Source: Squalus acanthias
Lineage: Eukaryota
Direction: 5' to 3'
Length of the DNA: 64,000 bases
NCBI GenBank assembly: GCA_030390025.1
Contig: CM059431.1
Location: 118,050,001-118,114,000, forward strand
The translations under genes and the position numbers were made by a program. Below the pieces are notes generated by a model. That model was given only the letters and a program-made list of their open reading frames with translations, did not search any database and was not told where the DNA came from. This document shows positions 1 through 12,622 of this stretch, piece after piece. How positions within the stretch are numbered: position 1 is the first letter of the stretch; each line of letters opens with the position of its first letter.

Positions 1-119
1 CCTTAAAATATGGGCAGTGTCCGTCCCTGAGCTGCTGGCTGCGAGTGTAAGATCGAGTGACAGTGTCTCTTCATCTTCACTATCTTCTTCATCTTCCTCC
101 TCTGACAGGGAAGGTTCGA

Positions 120-900
120 GTCCTTGGGTATCTGAAACGAAAAAGGGACATGGGTTGGGTTGTGGTGAGTGGAGAGGAAAAAGTGAGTAGTGTGTGCTTA
201 CACCCTCAGTAGCTTGTGAGTCAGAAAAGATTGCGGGATGAGAGAGAAGTGGGATGAGAGAAGGAGGATTAGGTATGCAGATACCCTCATCATCGATCCC
301 TCGAGCCCCACCAGTGGCCACGGCCTCACTGATTCCCATGATGGCCAGCACTGTCTTCTACATGCGGGTTAAAACATGCAGACCCACTCATCCTCCTCCA
401 GGTCTTTCCTGCTGCCTCCTGTTATGCACCACCTTCTCTTACAAGAAAGAAGGAAGTGCGTCAGTGAATGTGCTGCAATATGTTTGGGTGATGTGGCTGT
501 CATGGTTGAATAGCTGCCAGTGTGTGCGAGTTGTGAGTGTGAGGCTTGCAACAGTGGTGAGTGTGTGAGGGTGAGGTAAAGCATATGAATTGAGGACTTG
601 AGTACTGACTGATAGAAATTGTTGGTAGGTGGGTGATGGGGGTGCAGTGAATTGAGCAGTTGGTAGGATATGCCATTTGAAGATGAACTCGCTCACCTTG
701 ACAACTTCTTCCTGCACTGCATCCATGTTCTTGGAGCTACACTCCTGGCATTGACCTCCACTGTTGCTTCTTCCCACTGCCTCCTGAGCATCTGACTGGA
801 GGGCCTCCTGCTTCCCCTGTGGATACAAGAAGTCTCTCCTTCTCTCCATGTCTTGCAACAAGACCGCCAGTGCATTGTCAGAAAACCTTGGTGCTCACTC
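120..900 (-). mobile_element. Degenerate PIF/Harbinger Myb/SANT-like (ORF2) gene remnant, apparently intron-containing
   Basis: Minus-strand frames read 'LQDMERRRDFLYPQG' and 'RRPSSQMLRRQWEEATVEVNARSVAPRTWMQCRKK', resembling the Myb/SANT (trihelix) DNA-binding protein of Harbinger elements. It is frameshifted; a donor-like GGTGAG lies on the minus strand near 693-698. Confidence 0.55.
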
Positions 901-1132
901 TCTCGCGTGTTCAGCCACTCCTCAAAGTATCACAGCCCAAATTCACTTTTCAAAAAACTCCCACCACTTCTTGTAGCTGCAATGCACCTGCCCTTTGAGA
1001 GATGCAGGGTGTCTTTAAGTAACGTTAGCCACTCGCAATATCAGGACTCCTGCTGATGCGTGCAGCCAATGAACAGTATGGGTAACGCTGGCTGCACGCT
1101 GCAATCATTTAAAACAGTAGGCCGCACAAATT

Positions 1133-1227
1133 CTGATGAAAGGTCTTCGACCTGAAACGTTAACTCTGTTTCTCTCTCCACGGATGCTGCCTGGCCTGCT
1201 GAGTTTTTCCAGCGTTTTCTGTTGTTA
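1133..1227 (+). mobile_element. 95-bp Penelope-like 3'-end insertion consisting of hammerhead core plus tail
   Basis: Near-identical to array positions 13456-13550 (CTGATGAAAGGTCTTCGACCTGAAACGTTAACTC...TTCTGTTGTTA). Flanked by the 9-bp direct repeat GCACAAATT (1124-1132 and 1228-1236). Confidence 0.9.
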
Positions 1228-1329
1228 GCACAAATTGAATGTTCTGCCTGTAATGCAATGAATGAGCGTGGGTTAATCGCATACCGCAATTCCCACACCC
1301 ATTTTCTGGGGTTATCCAATTTAACCCCC

Positions 1330-3740
1330 TATAGGTAGAGTTACGGAAGAGCAAAGGATGCAAGACTCTTGTAGGAGTTGCCTACAGACCTCCTGATCGT
1401 CGTGATGTAGTGAGGTGATGTATAAATATGGAGATTCGGCCATCATGTAGCAAAAACAATATGGCTGTAATAGGAGATTTTAATTTCCACTTAGACTGGG
1501 AGAAGCAGAACAGCTCATGTAGTGAACACAATAAATTTCTAGAATGTTTGCAGGACAGTTTTCTAGAACATTGAGCCAAAATTTACCGTCAAAATAACAG
1601 TGAGGCTGACGACGCTCGCTGTTATTTATGCACAAATTCGCACAGCAACTTCAGGTGAGCGCAGATGCGCGGTTTATCACAAAAATCCAGAAGTTGCTGT
1701 CCGAGTTGCGCCACTACACCTTCGCGAAAATGGCATTTCGTTGTCTGATTCACCATTCAAATGAATTGAACGGTGTGAAGTTGCTGTATTTGTGCGACAG
1801 ATACAAACTAAACTCGTCACCAAAAGCCAGGGCTTGTCCATTTCAGTCTAAGTACCCTTTTTAAAAGCGTGATCGGTCTTAATTACTGCCAAACAACCTC
1901 GATGGTGCATAAAATTAACTTTTACAAGCGTGGAGTCTGATTCAGATTTTAATTGTTGTTTGAGATTTTAAAATAATTTTTTTTTTTTTACTTTTTCTTT
2001 TGGTCTCTTTTCTCTCTCTTAATCCAATCTTTCTTTCTCTCTCCTTATTTTGCTTTCTGTACCTGATTTGACATTGAATTCATTATTCTAACTTACACTT
2101 CCTGGTACTCTGCACTGTTCATTAACAATACTTTAATCTGATTAGTTGAAGAGATACACAGTTGCTTTCCCTGTTCACACGGGTCCCAGATGGCCTGTAG
2201 AGGGTGCAGGGCTGTTTCAAACTCACATTAAAGTAACTGCCAGTGCAAAAGCTCATGGAAATGAAATGGGCAAGGGCAAGTCTAACGAATGGCAGTTGTC
2301 ATACATTCACTGGCTGCAGTAAATTCTGGCCCAATGTGTTTTAGAACTGACAAGGGAAGAGGACAAACTAGATTTAGTGATGAGTAACAAACCAGAATTA
2401 GTTAACAATATGACGGGAAGGGTGCATGTTGCAAAATAGTGACCATATTATGATTGAATTTGATATTAGCTTTGAGAGGGAGGAAGGAGAGACACAAGCC
2501 AAGGTTTTAAATTTAAGTAAGACCAACTTCAAAGGGATGAGAAATAAACTGACTACTGTAAACAGGCCTGAACTGTTGGGTAAACCTACAGATAAACAAA
2601 GAGAAGTATTCAAAGAAGTACTTGGTACATTGCAAAACCAGTACATACACCTGAAAAGCAAAGGATCCACTTGTGTAGATAAGCAACTAGGGTCAACAAA
2701 TCAGGTAACAGACAGTATCAAGCTAAAAGAAAAGGCTTACATAAATACAGGAAAGATGTGAATCCAATGGACTATGAGAGCTATAAAAAGCAACAAAGGG
2801 ATACAAAAAAATTAATAGGTGCAAAAAGGAATATTAAAAAATTGTAAGGGAATATTAAAGCTAACAGCAAATGTTTTTATAAATATAGTAAGAGAAAGAG
2901 AGTGGTAAATATAGATGCAGGCAAGACTATAATGAATAATAAGTAAATAGCAGACTTGTTAAATGAGTACTTTGTATCCATTTTCACAGTTGAGGAAGAG
3001 GAAAAGTTTCATTAGTAAAGCAGAATTTAGTGAATTTAATATAAGTAAAAAATTGGTAATAGAGAAAATAATGGGACTTAAGATAACCAAATCTCCAGAA
3101 CCTGAAGGTTTAACTCCAGGGTAGTAAAATAAATAAGTGAGGAAATTACAGATGCAGTAGTCATCATCTTCCTAAGATCTCTAAATTCAGGAATTGTGCT
3201 TTTGAATTGGATAATTGCAAATGTTACTTCATTATTTAAGATTAGAGGGAGAGAGAAACTAGGATACTACAGACCTGCCAGTTTAACATTGTGGGGAAAT
3301 TACTAATCAGTCAGAGATAGAGTGACTGAGCACTTGGACAAGTATGAATTGATCAAAGAAAGTCAGCATGCATCATGTCTGACTAAAGTAATTGAATTTT
3401 GTGAGCAGGTCATTAGTAAGGTGAATAGGAGAGTGTCTATGGATGTTGTCTATATAGAAAGCATTTGCGAAGGCATTTCTGGGCAAGAGATTATTAGCAA
3501 ATAAAAGGGCACATGGAATTGGAGGTAATCTTGTGTCATGGGTCAGTCATTGGTTTGGAGGTAGGAAACAGAGAATAGGGTAAGGGATTTGTTCTCTGAT
3601 TGGCGGGATATGACATGTGGTGTTCCCCAGGGATCTGTACTGGAGACTTAGCTTTTCACCATAGATGTTAATGGCTTGGAAGAAGAAGTAGAGAAATAGA
3701 TCCAAGTTTGCAGAACACTAAATTAGGAGGCACAGTAAAT
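1330..3740 (+). mobile_element. Degenerate CR1 LINE ORF2 (APE and RT), interrupted by a MITE at 1573-2332
   Basis: Translated fragments 'SDHIMIEFDI' and 'HLDKYELIKESQH..SCLTKVIEF' are homologous to the CR1 at 23157-25509. Many stops and frameshifts. Confidence 0.85.
1573..2332. mobile_element. Non-autonomous DNA transposon (Harbinger-type MITE)
   Basis: Imperfect terminal inverted repeats (GAGCCAAAATTTACCG / CAGTAAATTCTGGCCC). It splits the CR1 sequence and is related to the inverted copy at ~25520-26256. Confidence 0.65.
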
Positions 3741-3973
3741 TATATGGATTATTCCCTCCCTGTTCTGAAACGGTTCTTAATTTCGTTAGCAGTCTTTCGT
3801 GTGGACCATTGCAAAATCTTTCAGAAAATTGAGATAAATTAATTATTTTGTTTATAACATCTTTGAAGAAGTTGACGAAGTTTATCAAGAAAGATCGTCC
3901 TCTTCTAAATCCATAGTGGCTGCTTATTATTAAGTGATTGTTAAATAGGTATTCTTACAGCTCCACTTCTTAG

Positions 3974-4690
3974 CTTGGCTCAGTTGGAAGCACTATCAGC
4001 TCTGAGCCAGAAAGTCGTGGGTTCACTTCAGAATGTAATCTAGGCTGATACTCCAGTGTTGTACTGAGGAAGTGCTGCATTGTTAGAGGTGGTGTTCTGT
4101 GGATGAGATGTTAACCTGACATCCTGTCTGCTTGTTCTGATGGTTCACGTGGATGTTAAAAATCCTGCAGCAATACTCATAGAAATGCTGGCAAACACCC
4201 TCCCTCAAAGAATACAGGTTGAGCGTCCCAAATCCGGAGTTCCGGAATCTGGAATGTTCCGGAATCTGGACTCCGGGACGATTGGTGGCAGGGGTCTGGA
4301 ATCCGTAAAATGTTCCGGAATCCAGACACCCTGAGGGAGGCTTACCAAAAACCGGAAATAGCGCAACCTGGGCCCAGGCATTTCCAGACTCGGCATGTGT
4401 TTCTGATGTCTGAAGTCCGGAAATATCGCAACCTGGGCTCGGGCGTTTCCAGACTTCGGACATCAGAAACACGTTCTGAAACCCGAAAACCGGCTCGGCC
4501 TCGGTCCCGAGGTTGCCGGATTCGGGACACTCAACCTGTACCACCAAAAGTAGATTAACTGTTCATTCAGGTTATTTCTGTGAGTGGGATTTTATTCTGC
4601 ACAAAATGGCTGTTCTGTTTGCTTAAATAACAACTATCACTACACTTCTTTAATTGTTTGAAGCATTTTAATAATGGCTATATAAATTAA
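3974..4690 (+). mobile_element. tRNA-headed Deu-domain SINE (SacSINE1/AmnSINE-like), degenerate, interrupted by a MITE
   Basis: GGCTCAGTTGG A-box-like head, then a 'CTAGGCTGATACTCCAGTG..GAGGAAGTGCTGCATTG..GATGAGATGTTAA' core shared with other copies in the window. Confidence 0.7.
4215..4538. mobile_element. pogo/Tigger-like (Tc1/mariner superfamily) MITE
   Basis: Terminal inverted repeats CAGGTTGAGCGTCCCAAATCCGG ... CCGGATTCGGGACACTCAACCTG, a TA target duplication (4213-4214, 4539-4540), and internal TCCGGA repeats. Confidence 0.85.
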
Positions 4691-5189
4691 AGTCATTTTT
4701 GTTTGAATGGTATTCATTATGTTAACTATTATAGAAGCTAAGCAAATGGCCAATAGTTGCCTGGGTCAGACTATTCGCTTTGTCTTAATATAGCAAAGCA
4801 TTTACATGCTTCCAATTCCACAGAACTTCACCTGTCTCTAATGATTCTTCCCTAATTCTAACCAGTGACTTACAAATTCCCTTTCTAGTCTCATCCAGCG
4901 TCCAAGGATATATACCTTTTTCAATTCTTCCATTACTTTTACCTCCAGAGTTTAGCTTCTATCCTAACCACTGATATGATACTGAAAAAATATTTTGTTA
5001 TTCTGCTTAAATTCTTGTGCTATGTTCATTTCCCCTTTCCAGCCCTAATGATACTTTAGCCTGTTTAATTATTTCCTATACACCCAAAACGCTGCCCAGT
5101 TTTTTCTCTGTCGATTTTGTAGATTGTTTTTCTTTCACTTCCATTTGAAATGAAGCTCTTTACCCATTTTGAAAATTGCTTGTTAGCTG

Positions 5190-5725
5190 TATTCACAACT
5201 CACAGTGCAGTCTCCTCCACATTGGGGAAATCAATGAAGATTCTGCGAAAGCTTTGTCGCACAGTCTGTCCACAGTTGTGACCCCGAGCTCTCTCTCCAA
5301 CTGATTCCGTCTCTGACCTCTCTATCTTTGTCCTTCTACACTGTTCCGATGAAGCTCAATGCAAGCTCAAGGAACAGCGCCTTTTCTTTCTATTAGGCAT
5401 TTTGTAGCCTCGAGCCTTAACATTCACTTTTAATAATTTCATAAGAACATAAGAAATAGGAGCAAGAGTAGGCCATTCGGCCCTTCGAGCCTGTTCTGCC
5501 ATTCAATAAGATCATGGCTGATCATCTACCTCAACTCCAACTTCCCACATTTCAAACCTTAACTATAGATCCCACTTTCTGTATGGCATGGGATGTTGGT
5601 GATGTAAGGTGGGTATGTTGGCATATCTGGAGTGGAGAGAGGTGGAAGGGTTACACCTAAAATGTCAACTTGTCTCTCCACAGATGGTGCCTGAACTGCT
5701 GAGTATTTCCAGCATTTCCAGTTTT
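5190..5725 (+). mobile_element. Old Penelope-like GIY-YIG/3'-tail remnant interrupted by a CR1 3' end (5440-5560, minus)
   Basis: 'CTCCTCCACATTGGGGAAATCAA', 'GAAGCTCAATGCAAGCTCAAGGAACAGC' and the tail 'CTCTCCACAGATGGTGCCTGAACTGCTGAGTATTTCCAGC' match the array element. Confidence 0.7.
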
Positions 5726-5726
5726 T

Positions 5727-5980
5727 GGGGTAGAAATTGGTCATCTTTGTGCCCATTTTCTTGATGGAAAATAGGGGCAAAAATGACCAAGAACGCCTGA
5801 TAAATGTCCAATGCCATATTGGCCTCGAACACTTTTCAGGCATCTGGGGCGGCCACCTATAACAGGCATTAGGCCCCTTGCATATGCTACTGAGGGGGCG
5901 AGCACCTGTTTTAATACTCTTCTGAGAAATAGGGATGTTTGTTCTGGGTCTGAAAATGGGCCCAGACAAATTTCTACCCA
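5727..5980. mobile_element. Short MITE (Harbinger-type termini)
   Basis: Inverted repeat GGGTAGAAATT (5728-5738) / AATTTCTACCC (5969-5979). Confidence 0.6.
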
Positions 5981-6189
5981 TTTTACATTTTATTGGTACC
6001 ACAACATTATCCTTAAACTCGAGAATCCCCACAAAGTGCACCACTGTCTCAGCCTTGTCTTGATTACTGCCTCATTTCAGCCCAAAGACTCGACACTGAT
6101 TCAGCCCCATTGACAATTTGGAAAAGGGTTATCTCTGACCACAGCTCTGATTGAGGTGAGCCAAACTGAGCTGAAGCAACAGAGATTAG

Positions 6190-6465
6190 GGATGAGCTTT
6201 GTGAGACTGTGTCAATCATTATCAGGGAGTTACTGGATACAGGAAAGGTAGATTGGAAACAGGCTAACACAATGCCCATATGCAAAAAGAGTGACAATAT
6301 AGACACAGACAACTATATACCCATTAGTTTCATTCAATTCCTTGTAAAATAATGGGATTGGTTATCAGGAGTACATTTGGGAATTTTCAATACAATAATA
6401 ACCTAATAAACAGCAGTAAACATGGATTCAGAAGGGAAAGATCCTGTCTGACCAACCTCCTAAGG
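6190..6465 (+). mobile_element. Degenerate CR1 RT fragment
   Basis: Reads approximately 'DWKQAN..PI.KK...NY.PIS' and 'HGFRRERSCLTNL'. Confidence 0.6.
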
Positions 6466-7436
6466 GATTTACTGCAGAATTTGGTCTTGAGAATATGCAA
6501 ATGAACTCGCAAATGGGGTTGACATTGTGCTGTGCAATATGAATGAATGTTTCAATACATCTGAATGAAATTCCTCTGTCCATTATTTAACGAAGGCATC
6601 AAACCCATTGAAAATGTATTAGTGCATATATTTTCAAACAGCACATTCCACAGTACACAACATCTTGCATCAATGCATCCAATCACTAAGCCCCAGTTTA
6701 CTCCAGTGCATTTATTTTCCATAAGGAATCCTTTATTATTGTGCTTCCTTCATTCACAATGGATATACAAATGCTCTCTCAGATGCCACAATAATTGACA
6801 GCATTCATGATGTGTGCTAATAAGACATTCTTATTGAAGCAGGTTTCTAAGGAAGCAATCACATGAATTGCTAAGCTGAAGCTTTTATACAGTGATTTTT
6901 TTTAAACAATGAACAGATTGCTTAATTAATAGGGGCTGTTGCCTTGGGAAGGTGTCATCACTTGGGGCACAGGGAAGGTGATCGGTCTAGGGAAGTTACT
7001 TGTTGCCTTGGAGACACAGAATAGCAAAGCTTATGCAGAACAGCAAGGTTCAAAGAATGGACATTTCCAAAGTGGGAGGTAATCAAAAAGCAGATGGAGG
7101 GATGCCAGCAATGTTTTTAATTAGGCATGCAAATGAATTGTGAACCTTGTCTTTCAACTTTAGCACTTGTTAGCAATTTGGAATTAAACCGTGCACACAA
7201 ACCTAGAAATAGCTGTCAGTGTGCTATTCAGCTACAAACAGCAGATTGCTAGAAGTTTCTGGGAGAATTTATTCCTTTTGGTTTAACTCACATTATTGCA
7301 GTTTTCGGTCTGTGGACAAAACTTTGGGAATTCTCTCCCACAGAGTAAGCCAGCAAGTGTGAACTGAGCAGCACAGATCCTCTACATCAGCTGCGAGCTG
7401 CAATATATCTTTTCCCATTTCTTCCACAGTGTGAAA

Positions 7437-7765
7437 AGAAAAGAAAGACTTGCATTAATATAGCACTTTTCACAACCTCAGGACGTCCCAAAGTGCTTTA
7501 CAGCCAATTAAGTACTTTTGAAGCGTAGTCACTGTTGTAACGTAAGAAATGTGGCAGCCAATTTGCGCATAGCAAGCTCCCACAAACAGCAAGGTGATAA
7601 TGACCAGATAATCTGTTTTTTAGCGATGTTGGTTGAGGGATAAATATTGGACAGGACACTGAGGATAACTTCCCTGCTCTTCTTCGAAACAATGCCATGC
7701 GGACTTTTACGTCCACCTGAGTGGGCAGATGGGGCCTTGGTTTAACATTTCATCTGAAAGACGGA
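7437..7765 (-). mobile_element. Deu-domain SINE (3' portion)
   Basis: Matches the 40262-40725 copy, including the A-rich AAAGAAAGACTTGCAT tail seen on the plus strand. Confidence 0.85.
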
Positions 7766-7769
7766 TGTC

Positions 7770-8045
7770 TTACATGTGCTTACGTGTGAAGTTCTCATCC
7801 TCAAATTTGTTACCGTAGCTGGACGTGCCACCATTGCCATTTCCATTTGTGAAGTCTCCACCCTGGCACATAAAGCCAGGAATTATTCGATGGATAATTG
7901 ATCCTTTGTAGCCTTTACCTGTTTCCTTGGTGCACAGTACATGGTAGTTATCTGCAGTTTTTGGAGCCACATCTTTTCTTAGCTCAAAATTATTCTGGTA
8001 GTTAAATCCAATGTCGAAAAAGACTCTAGGGTTTCCCCTTGCCGG
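7770..8045 (-). pseudogene. PPIA: Processed cyclophilin A-like (peptidyl-prolyl isomerase) pseudogene fragment
   Basis: Reads GNPRVFFDI...[70 protein letters not shown]. No introns across this span, a deletion after FFDI, and the 3' half is missing where a SINE abuts. Paralog assignment (PPIA vs PPIF etc.) is not certain. Confidence 0.8.
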
Positions 8046-8449
8046 CAGCTTGAAATGAGACAAGACCACTTAGAGTCTGGGAGTACTGCAAAAGAGATTA
8101 AGCATCTGAAATATCACTGGAGAGGTAAAGCTAGGTGATTATTCACTGAATTGCTATTGGTTTGAGTATTTACTGGTGGAGAAAAACTGCTTTGATCAGG
8201 GAGATGCCTAATGAAACTGGAATCCCAGCAGGCTGCCAGTGAAAGCTGTAACCAGACAGCAAACTTACTCCTTCCACATGAGAATCACATAGGAGATGTG
8301 GAAGCAAAGTACAAGCACTAAAGGCAGTATTGGATGGACTCAAGCTGCCAACATTCACATACTGTACAACAGAGGAAATAAATGCCCTGCCCTTGATCAG
8401 ACCAGCATAAGATGGCAAGAGTTTGTATCTGAAGAACTGAATATGTAGA

Positions 8450-8730
8450 GAGACTTGCATTTATATAGTGTCTTTCATGACCTCGGGACATCCCAAAGCA
8501 CTTTACAGTGATGTTCTTTTGAAGTGTAGTCACTGTTGTTATGTAGGAAACACGTTAGCCAATGTGATAATGACCAGATAATCTGTTTTAGTGATGCTGG
8601 TTGAGAAATAAGTATTTAACCAGGACACCGGGGAGAACTCCCCTGCTCTTCTTTAAAATAGTGCAAAGGGATCTTTTACGTCCACCTGAGAGGACAGGCA
8701 GGGCTTCAGTTTAATATCTCATCAGAAAGA
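8450..8730 (-). mobile_element. Deu-domain SINE (3' portion)
   Basis: Homologous to the 7437-7765 and 40262-40725 copies. Confidence 0.8.
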
Positions 8731-8929
8731 TGTGAATATAAGGTGGTTTGAGCACTAAGCAGATGTGGTCTGCCTCTAAAAGAAATGGTGCAGCACTGTT
8801 ACCCTGTGAAAGGAATTGGCGCAAGTTGCACCAGACTTCTTGCTGCACTGCTGATGTTGCTACTAATTCTTCAGTACATTTTCATCATCTTACCGTCCCA
8901 TGGCTTTGACATCCTAGTCATCAAAATAT

Positions 8930-9620
8930 ATGCTGAGGTTCCATTTCAGGAGCACGTAGCAGATAGCAGTCATACTGGAATCCTCATTTTAAGGGGGGGA
9001 TGTATTGTAAGGTTATCTGCAATCAGCCCAACCATGTGAAGCACTACCTCAAGATACCAATGGTATGTTTGCGGATTCTGGTAGGACAGGGGCTTTGTTG
9101 CACATGCTGTGCGCTTCTGCCTGTGGTTGGTGCATGGGTATCATGAGCCACAAATATATAGGCGAGCCTTTAAGCCACCTTTGCATTCTTTATTCTTTCT
9201 TCAAATAAGGATGGCATAGATGGGTAGCCTTAAAAGGCATCATGAGTGCTTTTGAGGAAACAGACATTAATTACCCTGCATGATTCTCTATTGGTGGATG
9301 TATTCCTCGTCAACATTCAGTTAAAGAAATCTGTTTGGGCTCAAATGCCAACATGGGTCCAGGTAGTGACCCTCTGGACTCTGGAACAGGCAGCAGTTAA
9401 GCAGAGTTGTGCTGTGCTCTCATATCACTGCTGTTGGTTAGTTGCGAAAGCAATGAGGTAATTGGCCATATTGAATAATGCATCTGCGACCGCGATGGGA
9501 AACAAACTGTCTGATACTGAAGTTGCCCCGTGCAAGACTGAGAGGTGCCCGTGCTTAAAAATTGGGTACCATGCTCACTTTGACACTACCGGCAGTGCAG
9601 TTCTGATGTGCATGTGTTTT
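8930..9620 (-). mobile_element. Highly degenerate PIF/Harbinger (HARBI1-like) transposase remnant
   Basis: Manual minus-strand translation across frameshifts gives 'TALPVV..V...NF....SQ..TG...SI.Q..SH...VADALFNMANYLIAF', 'GGWLKG..IYLWLMIPM.QP.AEA' and 'LQYIPP', typical of HARBI1-type DDE proteins. Confidence 0.55.
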
Positions 9621-10699
9621 TGTGCAGGGACAGCTCTGTCACAATCGAGGTCTGAATGTAGCCCCCATAATGGATAGAAGTTTAAAAACATCAGTAAAAA
9701 TTTCAGTCACCTTACTTTTAAATAAAGATTTCTTCTTGCAGCCTCTCCCTTAATGCTTGTTTAATCTGAGTGAGATGAATATATAAACACTAGTGATGCA
9801 TTCCAACAGCAATATAAAATACTCTTAAATACCTTATCTGCACCCCTTAATTAGTTGACCTCACAATTCTGCACACATTACTGCCCACACTTGATTTTTG
9901 GTCCCTGGCAACATTCGGATTGGGAAATGTGTGTTACCCGAGCAACACTGCATCCCCCTCACTCAATTGCTGCCACTATAGCCCTTTGTGCCAACTGTAA
10001 TTCCAAGGTTATAGATTCTGGAGAAATGTTTTTTATCCCAAAGGCATTGTCCTCACAGAATTTCCTTTGAGCAAGGATAGTAAATGAGTTTGAAAAGCAG
10101 TTACATTGGACACGAAAGTGTATCAAATCTGCAGATTAGGAACCAGACAATGAAATGTGTCACATGGCATCTGATTAATAAACAAAGGACAATGGGTAAA
10201 AACAAAGGCAGAAGAAAAGATATTTCCATCAAACAAGATTCGGTTATTGTCTCATTTAAGGCATTAACTAATTAAACATTTCTCTTTTTATTCATTTTCT
10301 TTTCCTTTAGGAAGTACTATCCACCTGATTAACTACTCAGTGCCCCAGTCGCATAATTACTAATTAAAGAAATCCTGTGCTGCTAAAACTGATTACTCAG
10401 CAAAAGAGCAAATGGAACTCAGTTGTGACTGGAGCTTGTTCCATTGGGATACTGGTGACCGAATCAGCAATAAGTGGAGTCAGTGTATCTGGGGAAGGTA
10501 GGTAACTAAATGCAAGTGCTCCAAATGGAAAGCATGTTGAAGGTGCAATATTCGGTATGAGGGCACAATAGAGGAATCCTAGCATTAATCACCGAGCATA
10601 AAGAGCATGTCAAATGAGCTATTTCATTAATCAAACCATTCTATTACAGCAGAAGATAATAGCCATGATATTAATCAAGAGGGTTTAATGATACACCGT

Positions 10700-12010
10700 G
10701 AACATAAGAACATAAGAACTAGGGGCAGGAGTAGGCCATACGGGCCCTCGAGCCTGCTCCACCATTCAATAAGATCATGGCTGATCTACGACCTCAACAC
10801 CACTTTCCTGCCCTATCCCCATTACCCTTGATTCCCCTAGAGTGCAAAAATCTATCTATCTCAACCTTGAATATACTCAAAGACTCAGCATGCACAGCCC
10901 TTTGGGTAGAGAATTCCAAAGATTCACAACCCTCTGGGTGAAGAAGTTCCTTCTTATCTCAGTCTTAAAAGGCTGGCCCCTTATCCTGAGACTATGCCCC
11001 CTAGTTCTGGACTTTCCAGCCAGGGGAAACTATCTCTCAGCATCTATCCTGTAAATCTCCCTCAGAATCTTATATGCTTCAATGAGATCTCCTCTCATTC
11101 TTCTAAATTCCAAAGAGTACAGGCCTAATTTACTCAATCTCTCCTCAAAGAACAACCCTCTCATCCCAAGGATTAGTCTAGTAAACCTTTGTTGAACCGC
11201 CTCTAAGGCAAGTATATCCTTCCTTAAATAGGGAGACCAAAACTGTACACAGTACTCCAGGTGTGGTCTCACCAAAGCCCTGTGCAATTGTAGCAAGACT
11301 TCCCTACTCTTGTACTCTAACCCACTAGTAATAAAGGCCAACATGCCATTTGCCTTCCTAATTGCTTGCTGTACCTGCATACTAACTCTCTGTGTTTCCT
11401 GTATGAGGACACCTAAATCGCTCTGAATACCAACATTTAATAGTTTATCACTAGTTTAAAAATATTCTGTTTTTTTATTCTTCCTACCAAAGTGAATAAC
11501 CTCACATTTCCCCACATTATTCTCCATCTGCCATCTTATTGCCCACTCACTTAACCTGTCTATATCCCTTTGCAAGCTCTTTGTGTCCTCCTTACAGCTT
11601 ACTTTCCCACCTAGCGTTGTATCATCAGCAGACTTGGATAGATTACACACTGTCCCTTCATCTAAGTCAATAACATAGATTGTAAATAGCTGAGGCCCAA
11701 ACACTGATCCTTGCGGCACCCCATTAGTTACAGCCTGCCAATCTGAAAATGACCCGTTTATCCCAACTCTCTGCTTTCTGTCCATTAACCAATCCTCTAT
11801 CCATGCTAATACATTACCTCCAATCCCATGAGCCCTTATCTTGTGTAACAACCTTTTATGTGGCACCTTATCGACTGACTTTTGGAAATCCAAATATACT
11901 ACATCCACTGGTTCCCCTTTATCTACCCTGCTAGTTACATCCTCAAAAACTCTAATAAATTTGTCAAACACGATTTCCCTTTCATAAAACCATGTTGACT
12001 CTGCCGAAAT
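10700..12010 (-). mobile_element. 5'-truncated CR1 LINE (RT C-terminal half plus 3' UTR)
   Basis: ORFs 11456-11971 and 11030-11380 (VDVVYLDFQK, GVPQGSV, ADD, RPHLEYCVQFW). (TTCTTATG)n tail near 10700. Confidence 0.93.
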
Positions 12011-12334
12011 GCCCTGTTACCACTTCCTTAATAATGAGTGGAGATAGCCAGGTCAGGATAATGAAGCTATCTAAAACTTAGCTCCTTCAGTTTGATACAA
12101 TATTGCATTGCACAGAGTCAAAATCAAGCAAAGCAGCAGCAAAGAGTTACATCATTTAAAATAAAGTCAATTTATTTATACAACTAAGTTTGACATTGTG
12201 TATTAATAAAGAAGCAAGTTTTCAAAAGTAAGAATTAAGCAAAATTCATTCTTCTTCATTCATTCATGGTAAATTTCCAAAACATTCATTAAAAATCTTA
12301 CAGTCTCCCGCCCCTTCATAATACTTTATGGGTG

Positions 12335-12619
12335 GAAACAAATAATTTGCTGGAGCGGAACAGCTATAATTATGGGGGATTTTAACTACCATATTAACTG
12401 GACAAATCAAATTGGGCAGGGCAGCCTTGAGGAAGAGTTTATTGAGTGTCTTAGGGATGGATTTCTTGAGCAGTATGTAACTGATCCTACAAGGGGGCAA
12501 GCAACCTTGGACCTGGTCCTGTGTAATGAGTCAGGATTAATTAATAATGTCCTAGTTAAGGATCCCCTTGGAATGAGTGACCATAACATGATTGAATTCC
12601 ATATCCAATTAGAGGGTGA
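12335..12619 (+). mobile_element. CR1 ORF2 endonuclease segment (5' part of the LINE interrupted by the PLE array)
   Basis: MGDFN..., PTRGQATLDLVLCN and SDHNMIEF are APE motifs. The sequence continues at 23157 after the target-site duplication. Confidence 0.9.
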
Positions 12620-12622
12620 TCC

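Noticed and set aside
4215..4538. CRISPR-like repeated TCCGGA palindromes
   Set aside because: Internal repeats of a TA-flanked MITE with TIRs; no constant repeat-spacer periodicity, and the context is eukaryotic.
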